From contig OZ024740.1 of NCBI GenBank assembly GCA_964016885.1, forward strand, positions 303,862,001-303,926,000: a stretch of 64,000 bases of DNA, given 5' to 3'. Below the pieces are notes generated by a model. That model did not search any database and had not been told where the DNA came from. It saw nothing but the letters and a program-made list of their open reading frames with translations. The translations under genes and the position numbers were made by a program. Below are positions 27,201 through 41,800 of the stretch, in pieces (position 1 is the first letter of the stretch; each line of letters starts with the position of its first letter). The DNA comes from Eledone cirrhosa (taxonomy: Eukaryota).

Positions 27201-28092
27201 ATTCAATAATTAATCGCTTTTTATTTCGCGGGAATTTAGTACGAAACAACAGTAGATATATCACTGATGCATATTTTGTCAACAGTGGAACAAGAAATTG
27301 CAAATAATAATAAAATACTAAATATAATCAAAGTGTTTTTAAGAAAAACCGTTAAAAACAAAATATAATTAATATATAAATTGTAAATAATCAAAGTGTT
27401 TTTAAGAAAAACCGTTAAAAACAAAATATAATTAATATATAAATTGTAAATAATCAAAGTGTTTTTAAGAAAAACCGTTAAAAACAAAATATAATTAATA
27501 TATAAATTGTAAGAGGGTGCTTGGTTGTAGCGCCTTAGCCACGCTATCACCCGCCGTAACGCTGCTAGTGTGTTGTTGGCTTGCCTTAAAAAGTATTAGA
27601 GGGAGGATTCTGCACAACTTATGGTGACAGATTGATAGAATGTTCACTCAATATTTTCCTTCGTTTTGACTCTATATTTTACATATAAAATATTTATGTA
27701 ATTAAGTAACAGATATATCTGTGTATGTGTTGAATTCTGGCAGCTACGGCATTTGTGTTAATTTCAAGCTATCTTATATTGTCAACATACTTGTTTCGGA
27801 GAAAATATCAACCTTGATAAGTATGTAATGTTATATACATGTTTTATTTCGATATAAGACGACAAATTGTTAGTCACAAAGTATAGTTTTTTTTGTAAAC
27901 AAACTTTTAGCAAACATATTCAGTCGAGAGATTAAATAAACTTAGAAATCATCAACACCATCATATTAAAACAGTTTAAATTTTAAATGTTTTCTCGTCA
28001 CAAATGAAATGAAAAATAATTACCGTATCTTCATTTAATAGAATGCTTTTATCTGGGTGATTAATGTTTTCTAAGTAGAAATGTAACGCCAT
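10165..28092 (-). CDS. RNF8: E3 ubiquitin-protein ligase RNF8 (FHA - coiled coil - C3HC4 RING), ~503 aa
   Basis: Exons 28092-28024, 22073-21960, 19537-18998, 16214-15813, 12221-12017, 10346-10165 (1512 nt, phases consistent). FHA motifs IGR...ISKHHA...SLNGVFIN; RING CSICNELFVQATTLSCSHSFCSYCIQMWLSKKNDCPFCR followed by LVLDSYIDKVV. The last exon is the least certain. Confidence 0.9.
11161..11862 (+). repeat. 31-bp minisatellite, ~22-23 copies
   Basis: Unit AGCTAGGGTAAGAAAGTGGT(A/G)GAATAATTAT; one further copy at ~11074-11107, separated by a SINE-tail insertion. Confidence 0.95.
12745..14455 (-). mobile_element. Decayed LINE (second RTE-like family), linker and RT region
   Basis: RTRWFNQGVKDDIRAKKEAYKAW, CFVDLEKAMT (frameshifted), [29 protein letters not shown]...LKQVEK. 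Interrupted by a piggyBac MITE at 13390-13610. Confidence 0.8.
14456..14715 (+). mobile_element. 3' fragment of the same LINE family in opposite orientation; other 3' fragments at 31530-31640(+), 39595-39842(+), 43920-44205(-), 56685-57170(-), 59800-60410(-)
   Basis: [40 protein letters not shown]; other copies end in AAGTGGGCGAAGAAGAA. Confidence 0.75.
15095..15718 (+). mobile_element. Penelope-like terminal-repeat fragment with hammerhead motif (15155-15197), split by a SINE (15215-15598)
   Basis: Same sequence as the 21.1-21.6 kb arms; GTCA-CTGAGGA-stem II-GAAA-GAACTT-TGAC. Confidence 0.6.
15215..15598 (-). mobile_element. Composite SINE (tRNA-like head plus RTE-derived tail); another copy at 18423-18750(+)
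   Basis: A box TGGCTTAGTGG and B-box-like GAGTTCAATTC, central GTTTCCTTGAGCAAGACA...CTCAGCTGTAGAAATG domain, tail CCCTTGCAAGCAGGGAAAAGCAGACGTAAAA(TGA)n. Confidence 0.8.
16734..16948. mobile_element. Possible second piggyBac-type MITE
   Basis: TTAA-CCTGTTGACTG ... CACTGAAATGG-TTAA imperfect termini. Confidence 0.4.
17519..18118. mobile_element. Penelope-like element remnant: inverted arms (17519-17708 / 17984-18118) each carrying a hammerhead motif
   Basis: Arms are reverse complements. Motif TCAC-CTGATGA-long stem II-GAAA-CATATG-T(C/T)-GTGA with extended stem I. Confidence 0.65.
18182..18947. repeat. ~200-bp near-perfect inverted duplication (18182-18380 / 18752-18947) containing a degenerate hammerhead motif, SINE in the loop
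   Basis: Arms differ at only a few positions; TTGC-CTGAAGA...GAAA-CAGCTA-TT-GCAA at 18256-18339(+) and 18788-18871(-). Confidence 0.85.
20595..20940 (+). mobile_element. CRE-like retrotransposon endonuclease remnant; shorter related copies at 39285-39450 and 57840-58090
   Basis: ...SKY*PLSDGFVVELVAVETSVILGP...WLFQHISITVLKGNVFSIL; the two shorter copies share a GAGGTGGAG(G/A)ATACTCATT..GATGTCACACATTT tail. Confidence 0.65.
21238..21280 (-). ncRNA. Candidate minimal type I hammerhead ribozyme (sense to RNF8 pre-mRNA)
   Basis: GTCA CTGAGGA GGTCACA-GAATG-TGTAAC GAAA GAGC TT TGAC: CUGAnGA/GAAA core, 4-bp stem I, mismatched stem II, minimal stem III. Confidence 0.55.
21417..21459 (+). ncRNA. Candidate minimal type I hammerhead ribozyme
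   Basis: GTCA CTGAGGA A GTCACA-GAATG-TGTGAC GAAA GAGC TT TGAC: perfect 6-bp stem II, GTCA/TGAC stem I, predicted CUU cleavage triplet. Confidence 0.65.
23850..25596 (+). mobile_element. Two head-to-tail non-autonomous Helitron-like units (first interrupted by SINE/RTE pieces at ~24060-24950)
   Basis: Repeated start TCTCCTTATAATATATAACCAGC-(CTGT)n at ~23857 and 25050; each unit ends in a GC hairpin plus CTAG (25012-25049, 25558-25595); internal (TA)/(CA) subrepeats. Confidence 0.65.
25597..26480 (+). mobile_element. Non-autonomous Helitron-like element, second family
   Basis: 5' TATATATAAAACTGAGGATG-(TCTG)(TG)n, internal duplication at ~25880, 3' hairpin CCCGTGCAACGCCGGG followed by CTAG|T at 26477-26481. 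Confidence 0.7.
27325..27512 (+). repeat. 63-bp tandem repeat x3, followed by a Helitron-like hairpin and CTAG (27515-27568)
   Basis: TCAAAGTG recurs at 27328, 27391, 27454; downstream GGGTG..TAGCG...CGCTA.CACCC then GCTGCTAG|T. Confidence 0.8.
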
Positions 28093-28368
28093 AACGTGAC
28101 GGTTGAGACCTTAATAATAGTTATAGTGAGATGACTGCCTCGGTTAAAATTGTGCTTTATATTTTAAAAAATATAAAGCACAAAAATTATTTATATTAAT
28201 CATCATAAATATCTAACTTTTTTTGCATATTGATGAAAAATAATAAAATCTAATAACGATGTCAAAATTAAATTATTCAGTTTTGTCGCATACTTAACCG
28301 GATGTCGTTCTTATACTATTGCCATCTTTCCTTTTCTCTTTCCGCCATTTCTCAGCTGAACACCACAT
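28093..28368. promoter_or_regulatory. RNF8/FAU bidirectional promoter and FAU non-coding exon 1 with 5'TOP tract
   Basis: CTTTCCTTTTCTCTTTCC at 28326-28343, YY1-like CCGCCATTT, donor GTAAGT at 28369; RNF8 ATG at 28092 on the minus strand. Confidence 0.75.
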
Positions 28369-30296
28369 GTAAGTTCTTCCAATTACTTACATATTATTTG
28401 TATTATTATCGTCGATATGCTTTTCAAATTCACTCATTTATAATGTTAGTTGCTCTATGTCATTCATCAATAATAATTTATTTTATTCCTATTTGAAAAG
28501 ATGTTTCCCAAAACATTTCCCTATATCATCGTATTTCTACGATGAATTTCATTATCGCCTATTTTAAGTCGGAGAATCTATACGATATATGGGAAGTGGA
28601 AATTTTTTTTTATTCGTTTGTTTATAGACATTTAGCACAATTTCAATTTGTATTACGCCATATATGTACTGAGGGACATCAATCAGTTTTTTAAAGCATT
28701 TAACATAAGTAATTATTTTTCTTCTTTATCTAGCACTAGATAGAATGTAATTAATACACGTGTCTGTATATTCGAAAGCTGTCGTTTACAATAAACGACA
28801 GCGCCTTCCGTTGTATTTTAAAAGTATATTAATTGTATCATCACTGTTGTTTACTCCTTATCGATCAAATTCATTCTAGCCCTTACCATCTTTCCCTAGA
28901 TCTTTTATAAGACGGTATAGTGTCATTTCAGAGGTATTTGGCTGCTATTTCTAGCATGATGAATGACCACGTAAATGGTTCGTTCTAAATAACTTTGAAA
29001 GTTCTCATTGTCCACCTTCGATGGGGGGGGGGGGGGTCGCGTTTTCAACGAATCTGACCTCAAACCCGTCAAAAAGAATTCGTATTAAAATTGTGGAGCA
29101 CCACCCTCGGATAGTTTTCTTTAGAAAAAAAGATTTCTTCCAATGAAAAGTATGACTTCTTGAAATGATTGTGATTCCATACATGGGGATCTAAACGCTT
29201 TATAAAATGCCAATCGCATATATATTTTTCAATTTTACTATCGGAATATCTATAGATTTAGGATCTTCAGTTTACCTATTATATCTAGCAGTAAACAGAA
29301 GGCACAAACAGACAACACTAAAGCAAGAGCCCCACTACAAAATACCCTTCCATTTCCTCAACACATGACCTAACCGCCTCATCCCATGTTTCTTCACAAC
29401 GTTCCTTCAGTAATATTCAAGTCATTCTCATTTTTGTTCATTCTAACCTCTATTCTTACATGTCTCGCTCGTAAATTATGACACTTGTCATATGCACAAT
29501 GTACCTTTCCCTTCAGTTTCATTGACCCTACTCTTCAGCACTCCACTCAGTTCCCTATACACATCTGATCCACCCTCTCCATTCAACGTCTCCTAAGGTA
29601 ACAAAACATTTTCACACAATTTCCAACATCCTTTTTATTTGTAGCTGCTATGTTACTACATTTTCGATGTATCTCTGAGGTCATGGTCATCCGATACGAG
29701 ATATTTTTGACATTGAAGTAACTTAAGTTTGAAATTATCTAATGGAATCACTCAACCAAGTCTTTTATTGACAAAGGAAAACTTCATTGGGGCAAGTGTC
29801 ATGATTTTCAAAAAGAATATGTTGTGCAATGTACTGGAAAAACATGATTGACACTGTTGGATGACGTTCAGATTACTGGTCAGTTATGACCTAGAACTAA
29901 TCGATATGTACGTCTTTCATTATCGATCTGCTTTGATCACAGCGAACCAAGCATGAAAAAAAAATGAGAATCTTGATCGATAGTTGCACCACATGTTGAT
30001 ATTTCAGTTGACTCTGAAATGGAAATCAGAGCTGTATATTTGTAACAGGTTACTGTCTTTTTATGCTTTTATTTTGCTTAGAAACATTGTTGGGTTCTTT
30101 TTTTTTTTTTTTTTGTTTACATAATGAGTGATTAGCGTTTACTCCCCCCCCCCCTCCATTAAATTCAGTGCTGCACTACCACTAACCAAGTCTTTGTTGC
30201 TATCCCATCATATTGTCCGTGTTTCTTTTTCAACACAGCCTACATGCAGTGTAGTTTTCTTTTATAATGCTTTTTTTTCTGTTTCAGAAATTAAAA

Positions 30297-32721
<2,425 letters not shown>

Positions 32722-32835
32722 TGTTCAAAAAATGTAATTACAAAAGTCTTACAATAAAAAAAATAATTAAAACTTTATAAATTTGTTATCCTTTATTTTT
32801 TTTCTATAAAATAATTGAAAAATTAAGTATGGCAA

Positions 32836-35800
32836 TCACTTAATTGCTTGAAGCTTCTGTTTCAGCTCTGTTGAATTTTTAAAATCGGATTTCCACAGAT
32901 CTCTGCAAGGAAAATTAATGAAGTTTGAGAGATTTACTTACATAATTTCATTAGTAAGATTCTTAAATAAAATTCGGATGGTAACCAGTGACTGCAAATG
33001 CCAAGAATTTCAATCAATACATACCTGATCAAATGAATCTGTTGTGTTTTAATCTCTAATTCTTTGGCTTTTTTCACACCATTTGTTATGATCTGATAAG
33101 ATAAAAACATATTTCCAATCAATGACAAGAAGAAATATTTGACATGGCTAAAACTTGTTTGATCACATTGAATTATATTCTTACCTCATTGGGAATGTTA
33201 GCCAGTCGTGCAGCATTAAAACCATAACTTTTAGGACATGCACCTTTTACAAATTTGTACAGGAATGTTATAGTTTCTTGAGTGGGATCATCCTCACTTT
33301 CATTTTCCACCATACATGCCTTTCAATGATAGAAAATATTTGGTTAAGTCTGTACCTCAATAGTAAACATTACAATTTTGCTTTTGATATTATAAAAACT
33401 TCATACCATCATGCCCCTTCCATTTAATTTTTTAGCTTTTTTTTTTCAATCCCCTCCCACACACACTTAGCAAAATTTTATTTTAAGTGGTAGCATTCCT
33501 GGGATAGTTAATTTTCTTTATACATTAAAAAACATACATGATGAGAAATCCCATGTTATAGGATGAGTTGGGGTCTCAATGTGTAAACTAAACAACTACT
33601 TACATCAAAGGATGGAACCTGAGAGTTTGTGAATCAAGTGATAGCCAATTTTCCTGTTGAAGGGAAGTAAATTTCTAATCTGGGGTGACAGTTATTCAAC
33701 TTCGAATTGGTCAAGACAGAATGCTTCCTTTTCATGTTGGTCATTGTTGAGGTATCTAGTGTGCCTTTGGTCCTTACTGCCAGAGGAAGGAGTCCCATGA
33801 GGTAGTAACTGGTGCAGTGGGTTTCACCATCGTCCTCTAGGGGTATAGGGTAGGCATCTTCCTTCTGCCTCACAGCAACAACTAGCATTGAACTGGATTC
33901 CTAACATCTATATATATATTAATATATAGAATTTTCAAGTCCCAACATGTGAAATCAATATTCTTAAGCCAGAGCAATCAATACCTTATTGATTAGATGT
34001 ATTTCAATAATTGTTTCTACTTTTGGCACAAGGCCAGCAATTACCCAGTACATTACTGGTACTTTATTTTATCGACCCCATAAGGATGGAAGGCAAAGTT
34101 AACCTCGGCGAGATTTGAACTCAGAATGGCAAGGGCCGTAACTCTATGCGTCAAAGCATGGCGTCCGACGCTCTATCGATACTGCCATTCCACGTAATTA
34201 ATTACATTCATGAGTACTTACCATGTGTCCCAGCCGAACATTGGGATCATTTGAAAACATATCAGTCAAAGTATGGTAATGAGTTGAAAATAATGTCCTG
34301 CAATTGGTAACTTTTGATATTTCTTCCACAACAGAAGCTGCAATAGCAGTACCATCATAGGTTGCTGTTCCCCTACCTACAATGAGACAAGTGACTTTCC
34401 AAATATATTGTCCAACACATCAAGCGTGGAAAAACACACAACTATTTTACATATAAACTGAAGGTTTGTTTTGCCATCGATGAGCTTAACTTGATGCCAA
34501 AAATTCTTGACTAGCACAACATACAAAGTCCTTCAAAATTCTCCATTATTCAATTGAAACTGTTTCATTAGAAATGCAATTATATATATATATCGATTCT
34601 AATCAACAAGAGACGGTCCAGGTTAGGTGTATTTATTGTTGTGGTATATGCATGGCAACTGCCTTCTATCATTTTTTCTTGGTGTCACACATTTTAACTT
34701 ATGTTTACTCTGGACGATAATGTATTAACATCTCACTCCATTGAGTGCTTTATGATTGTCTCAAACAACTTGAATAGTACCTGCTATATGGCAGTTACAA
34801 CTTCGATTTATACCCAATATAATATATATATATATACAAGAAAACAAGAGGATGCATTAACAAAGTTGTATTAGTTTCCCGCTTAACAGAAAGAGAGTGA
34901 GTTAGTCAACATATCTGGCATTTGCCCTTCATCAGGAAAAGCGCAAAAAAATTTAAAAAAAAATTTTTTTTAAATAAAATTAGAAAGAAATTGAGGAGGG
35001 GGGTAGTGATGGGTGGGGTGCATATTATGATGCATGTAGGAATAACAAAATAAAGACTCACCAAGTTCATCTAAGAGTACAAGTGAATTTTCTGTTGCAT
35101 GCTGTAGAATTGAAGCAGTTTCACTAAGCTCCACAAAGAAGGTACTTTCACCTGAAAAATGTCAATTCAATTTCAATTTAGAGTTATGCAAAGTGTACAG
35201 CACTTATGAGGTTCCACAGGTGTACAAATATCCATAATGATAATTCTTAAAATAAAATACTAGTCAATAGCAATCCACTAAAAGACGTTGAAAGAAGAAT
35301 AAATTAGAATTTTATTGTTTATCACCTCCAAACCAGTTGTGTATCAATTTTTATCTGCATACTGATTATAAAACTAGGGAAGCATTTATCAGGTGAAACA
35401 AAAGCTGCTATTACTAACAAAGGCTTTTTATTGGATTAAATTAAATGAGATTTAGTTATATTTTAAAAAAAAGGATACATCATCATTTGTTTTGTTTTTT
35501 TAAATGGACTTAAAAACGATGATGAAGAAAGAAGGAAGCTTGTATTTTAATCTTTTACTAAATTTTTACGAACTTTAGAGGTATGTAGCCTAGTGGTAAG
35601 GGTGTGACTTGTGATCTTAATGTCATGGATTCGATTCCTGGGTTAGGTTGTGTTGTGTTCTTGAGTTAAACACTTCATTTCACATTGCTCCAGTATACTC
35701 AGCTGAAAATGAGTACCAGCAACAACTGGGGATTTAACCTTGCGATGGACTGGCGTCCGGTCCAAGGGCAAGTCTTATACTCTCAGTTGCTTCACGCCAC

Positions 35801-38800
35801 AAAACCAGGATAAGCACTGGCCTAACGAGCCTCCTCTCTTAAAACAGACTTTAGGCCTAGATTAGTCATATGTTTTACAGCATATTACTGTTCTCTATGC
35901 AGAGTTATCTCATCTGGCAGATCTAACATCCTTAGATCATATCACATCATGTCTCATTCCTATATTTCACCATACCAGATTTTATTTTTTATTTATCTAT
36001 TTATTTTAAAATAGGAAGAATAAGGTATTCAAAACTGATAAAAGGAAAAGGAGAAACAAACTAGAACTCATAGGCTGTCCTCAGACTTGAAACTTGGTCA
36101 ACAAAGCTAAGTCTGCTGAAGTCAATAAAAAACCAGGTGGTGGCGTTAAATGAGGCAGCAATAAATCTACCACTCAAGAGCAAACAAAACTCATTTGATT
36201 GGCTTCTTCAGTTTCCATCTACTCAATTTTACTTGAGTCTACAAGCAGACAGAGCTTGTTAGCCTTGGTTGACAGTCTAAGACAAGGATAACTCAGATTT
36301 CAAACATGGGGTAGATGGGACTACATAGTCACCTTGGTGTCAACCTTGAATGATCAATGGCTTCATCCTTGTAATGAAGGTGAATGAGCTGCAGCTTAGT
36401 AGCCAGCTTCACTTTTTCTCAATGAAAATAGTGGGCAAACAGCATCATAATGATGAATATTGATGCAACTGTCCATGATTCCTGACCCTCAGCAATGAGG
36501 TTGGGATCTCTCTTTCACTCTCTACATTAGAAGACTCTTTCCTAAGGAGACACAGAGTAGGATTGAACTTGGATGTACATGATTGTGAGAAGAAAACTTC
36601 TGAATGGAACCACCCTATAGCTTTCTGGAAACCTTTTTTACAACATTTTTATATTACTAAATATCAAAAGCACAGAGAAGGCAACCTGCCTAGAACAGTT
36701 ACAGTTACACTGAATTAAAACTGATACAGGATAGAAAGGATTTTTAAGACTTGACTGACAACCTCTCTAGTGCTGGTGGCATGATTACACACACCCTGTC
36801 CACACTGTAAAGTTGGAGATAGGAAGGGCTTCCAACCCCAAAAAACAAGGCTAGTACAAAAAGTATTTAAAATAATTGCAACTACAAGTGAAAGGAGACG
36901 TCCAACTCATGCAAGCATGGAAAAAACAGATATAAAATAAATAAGGCTTCTCCTATTTGGTGTCTATTAATTGCTAAGTAGTTCTGTTAACTTAAGAAGT
37001 AAAGAGATGAGTGGTAGTCATACGTGTTAGTAGAAAACATGTCAAGTGAATGTGAAATAGCTTCAATTGTAAATATAAACTAGCTCCTTTATTTAACTAA
37101 CTCCAGCCACAATAGGTATAAGTATACATACATATATATACATATTTGTATATCTATGGAAAGAATTGGTGGGGTGTATGAAAAGTAGAGAACTAGCTTA
37201 GTGAATTCCCAAATCAAATGTCATTAAACATCCGAGTTGAAACCACAACCTTTTTGATTTGATCTTTCCTCAACCAATAATTAAAATAATTAGACATGTA
37301 TTGAGTTGAGGTTCACCAAAGAGAAAACATACTTACCAGCCATAATCCTATCATTGGCCCCTAAACGAGTAAACACTCGATCTACTGGAGTTAAATGACA
37401 TTTCTCAGCTGGCACATAACAACCCTACAGAATGAAATAATATTAAATTAAATTATATATGTACTAGACTAATATCCGTTCTACAAAGAAAAATAATTCG
37501 GAATAAAAATTGAAAATTCTCATCCTACACATTCCTTGAATATTATAATTTTTCTAATGCTTATTTACACACATCTGCATATATATTATTTACAGCAGGT
37601 CTGCTTTTCTATTTATTATACTCTCTCTCCCATTTGTTTTACATTCTTTTGTTTTTCTTTATCTTATCACTAATTTTCTTTCCTTCATCAATTCTCTATA
37701 TCAAGCTCTAGCTTCCCCTCCCCTGCTACCCTCAAAGACATCGCAAAAACTTCCTCTTGTTGTTTTCCTTAGCAGAACCTTGGAAATAAAATTAAAAAAA
37801 GTATCCTGAAAAAGATAAAATGTTCCTATCATGTAAACATGCACACAAACACACACATATACATATATAATATTACAAAATATCAATACACATATACATA
37901 TATAATTGACATATACACATATATCGAATGATATATATATTATAAAATAACATATCAAACTTTAACAGGAGTTAACCTGTAAAGAATATAAGAACATATA
38001 GTTCTGTAAGGTATCATATCAAAATTTAACAGAAAATTCAAATACAGATACCACTAGGCTTCAATTCCTAGACGAGGCGGTACATTGTATTCTTGAACAA
38101 AATATCATTAAAATACCTATCAGATGCAACCATGTAGGAGGCCAACTAAACCTACATAATGTAAGCAGTAACAACAACTGAAAAATCTAAGAGGATTAAC
38201 TAAACTTTGGTGATTATTAATAATTTGTTCTCCAAAATAAATTATTTAACCCTTTAGCATTCACATTACTCTATATATACTATTATATTTTCATGGTAAA
38301 TGCTGTATCTCACATAGTATCGAATCTATGAGATTTTGAAAGTATTTATTTTGAGAACAATACCTTAACATCAGTTTCAGTGACCAGTTACAGCCAGTTT
38401 CAACAGAAAAAGGTAGAGAATTCTGGCCGGTTTGAACATTAAAGGGTTAATAAAATAATTTTGAAAGCAGTTTAGCACTTTCTGATCAATCATAGAATAT
38501 AAAGAGAATGGTAAAACTCATTAGCAAGAGAGTAACGCAGAAATCATAACTACCATCTGAGCCATGACTACGATTAATCCAACTTGACGCATCAACGTAG
38601 ATTTTCCGCCCATATTAGGACCAGTTACCAATACTACTTGACCATCAGAGATGGTGTCTTCAGTTTCTGTATTCTGAAAATAGATGTAATTATTGATTGG
38701 TGAGGACTTCCAAAAGTCGGTGCAATGTGGTAGAAATATATAAAGGGCAAAGGATGAAATATAAAACAAAACTGGTGCAATCAGCTGTTGGGTGCTATTC

Positions 38801-41800
38801 TATATGTTTTACGATGTCTCCATCATGACATTTCAGTGAGCCTTAGAAATGTTTGACAGTGCCCATCTTCTCTCCAAGTTTCCCGTCACTCACTAAGTTT
38901 AGCATGTCATCATCTGGGTGTTGTTAAGAACCAGTGTAGCTGTCCATTAATAGCATATATGTTTTTTTTCCTCAGTATATTTCAACATGATATTTCGGGG
39001 TTAGTACCCTCATTATAAAAGCAAAACAAAAGTAAATGATGTGTTCTTCCTTAACTGGTCCAAGTGTATGATTAGTTCATTGAAACGCTACATAGAATAG
39101 TACAATTGTTGTTGTAAATTATTCACCATAGAGTTGATAGCTTCCTCTTCGGAGAGAGAAAATCTAAGTGATTGGAATGCAGCTTCAGCAATGTTCATAT
39201 ATGAGCATTCCAAACACTCCAAGTTAACATAATATATTAAAAAAATTTATGTCAGTATTAAAACATATGCTCCAATAATTTTGAACTCTGTGGTAGAGTC
39301 TGTAGCGAGCCCCTTGAGGTAGAGTAATTGTTCCAGCATGTCTCTCTCGCCGTCCTTTGTGGCAATGTATTCTCCAACCTGTCAGCCAGGACCAAGAAGC
39401 AGAGAATGAGTTAGAGGTGGAGGATACTCATTCGGATGTCACACATTTGATCTTCTCACTCCGTTTAAACTTTAAATCTAACTCATTTTGTCTATAAGTT
39501 AAAAATGTAAATTTTCTAAACTATTTTTGGCATTTAAAGAACTGTATAATTTAATAATTGTTCAAAATTCACGCAAAACATTTATTTAAACAGAATGCTT
39601 AGAGACATGTGGTTAGAATGTCTCTGGAAAGAATCTCTGGATAGATCTTACAGGCAAAACCAAGTGGTAGGAGATCCAGAGGTAGACTCAGAGCAAGATG
39701 GTTTAATAACATCTATGAGCTTGGTTGGTCTCGCTTGGAGATCCAGTTGGAGATGGTTGCTTCTGACAGGACCCACTGGAAGGAGTGTTTGAAGACTCTG
39801 CCCCCACAACCCTCCCACGTATAAGTGGGCGAAGAAGAAGAATACTTACATCTTTTGTCCCAATCACAGTATGATTTGGAATAAAGTCTTCAGCAGCAGA
39901 TGATCGCCCTATGCAAGGATGACGGCCATCTCGTATCACAAGGAATGGCTGAAACAAGAATTTTCATATTTGATGAAACTCACAAAACACATAAAATAAT
40001 TTTTGTTTTTGAGATGAAAGATCTAAGCAGTCTCCTGTTACAAGAGAAATCAGGCTGGTTTTTAATAAAAAAGATAAAATATGGTTTACTTTATATCTTC
40101 TCTAAAATAAGACATTAAATTCCTTTTATAACATTCTTTAAATTGTAACATTTTTGATTTCTTGTCTCTCACCAATTACACTAACAGTATACATTAGGAA
40201 GAAGTCATTCTTACACCATAACAAAACAAGTTAGCTAGGTGGGGAAAAAAAAAAAAAAAAAAAAATCAACAAGTCAAGTTAACTAGAGACAGATAACAAA
40301 AAATAAACAGGACAAAACAACATACTTTGGAATTTGCCTCAGGTAAGACAATTTCTGGCCTACAAATGGCTCCTTCACCACAACGGCTATACTCAGTCAA
40401 ACAGAGCAGAACATCAAGAACTGCTAGACACTGAACAGCTTGGTCCCACATCTGATAGCTGCCAGGATAAATAACTTTAAATTAGATTATAACTTCCTAA
40501 AAATCCCAACAACAAATATGTTTTTCACAATGCTCATGGCACTTACATATTAAAATAGCCATTTTTTTTTTTGTATTATTAAAACCAAAAACAAAACTAA
40601 ACTTCTTTCAATTGTTTGAAATAATTTGGAAGAAACAGTTTCATAAACATATATAAAACAGCAATGTTACATGGTAGTGAGACCTGGGCATTGTGTGCAG
40701 AGGATCTGCACAGATTGGAAAGAAACGAAGCATGCATGCTCTGATGGATGTGTAATAGTAATATACACGAACGGCAAAACAAACGAACTAAGTGTGAAAT
40801 TAGGCATAAGAGGGTTCAGATGCAGTTTACTTGAAAGGAGATTACGTTTGTATGATCATACGATGCGTATGAAAGTCGACAGCTGTATAAAAAAGTGCAA
40901 AGCAATCAAAATTGATGGGAGTTATGGAGTAGATAGATCCAGATTTTGCACACTTTAACCTCTCTAAGACAATGTCACTGGATTGAGATCTTTGGTGTTA
41001 TGCAGTAATACAGAAGACCACCTTCCCTTACGTACAAACTTAAACCTACAGTCAGCAGGCAGCTCTTAACACCCAATATACACACCACCCCCTATTCCAT
41101 CCTCCCACTTTCTGCCCACACCACCCTTTCTCTGTAAAGTGGTTGTGTAGGACAGGCATGTCAAACTGAGGGCCACATGGGTCACAAGTGTTGTCTGAGG
41201 GCAACTAATTGCGCACATTACAACTAATTTTACGAAGATATAACATGCTCACGCTGTAAAAACCTTTGTGCGGGCTGCAGGTGTACTTGAAAAGGGCCGC
41301 ATGTTTGACATGCTTGGTGTAGGAGACACGGTAAAAAGGCTCCCAGTTCACACTGTAAATATGGTTGGCGTTAGGAAGGGCATCCAGCCGTAGAAAACCA
41401 GCCAGAAACACTTCTATACAAGAGAGACATGGTCACCCGACCAATCTTGCCTCAAGTGGGACAAACCCGTCTAATCCATGCTAGCATGGAAGATGGATGT
41501 TAAACGATGATGATATAAAAAATATCTAAATATGTACAACACATCCAATCATGTAAGTTTTTAACATGTTGAACTTATAATGTTTTATATATTTAACCCA
41601 TTAACATTTAAACCAGCGATATCTGGCCAGAATTCTTTCACCTCTTTCTGTTCAAACCAGCTGTAACTATCCACTCATACTTATGTTAAGGTATTGTTCT
41701 CAAAATAAATATAAAATCTTGTGAGATAATTATGTGAAGTAAAGCCTTTACAGTGTAAATATAATAGTACATATAGAGTAATTTAAATGCTAAAGGGTTA

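Noticed and set aside
27236-27550. ORF with 21-aa hydrophobic repeats
   Set aside because: Translation of the 63-bp tandem repeat.
29700-30050. Possible hAT transposase remnant or ncRNA in FAU intron 1
   Set aside because: Only vague peptide resemblance with multiple stops; not supportable without a search.
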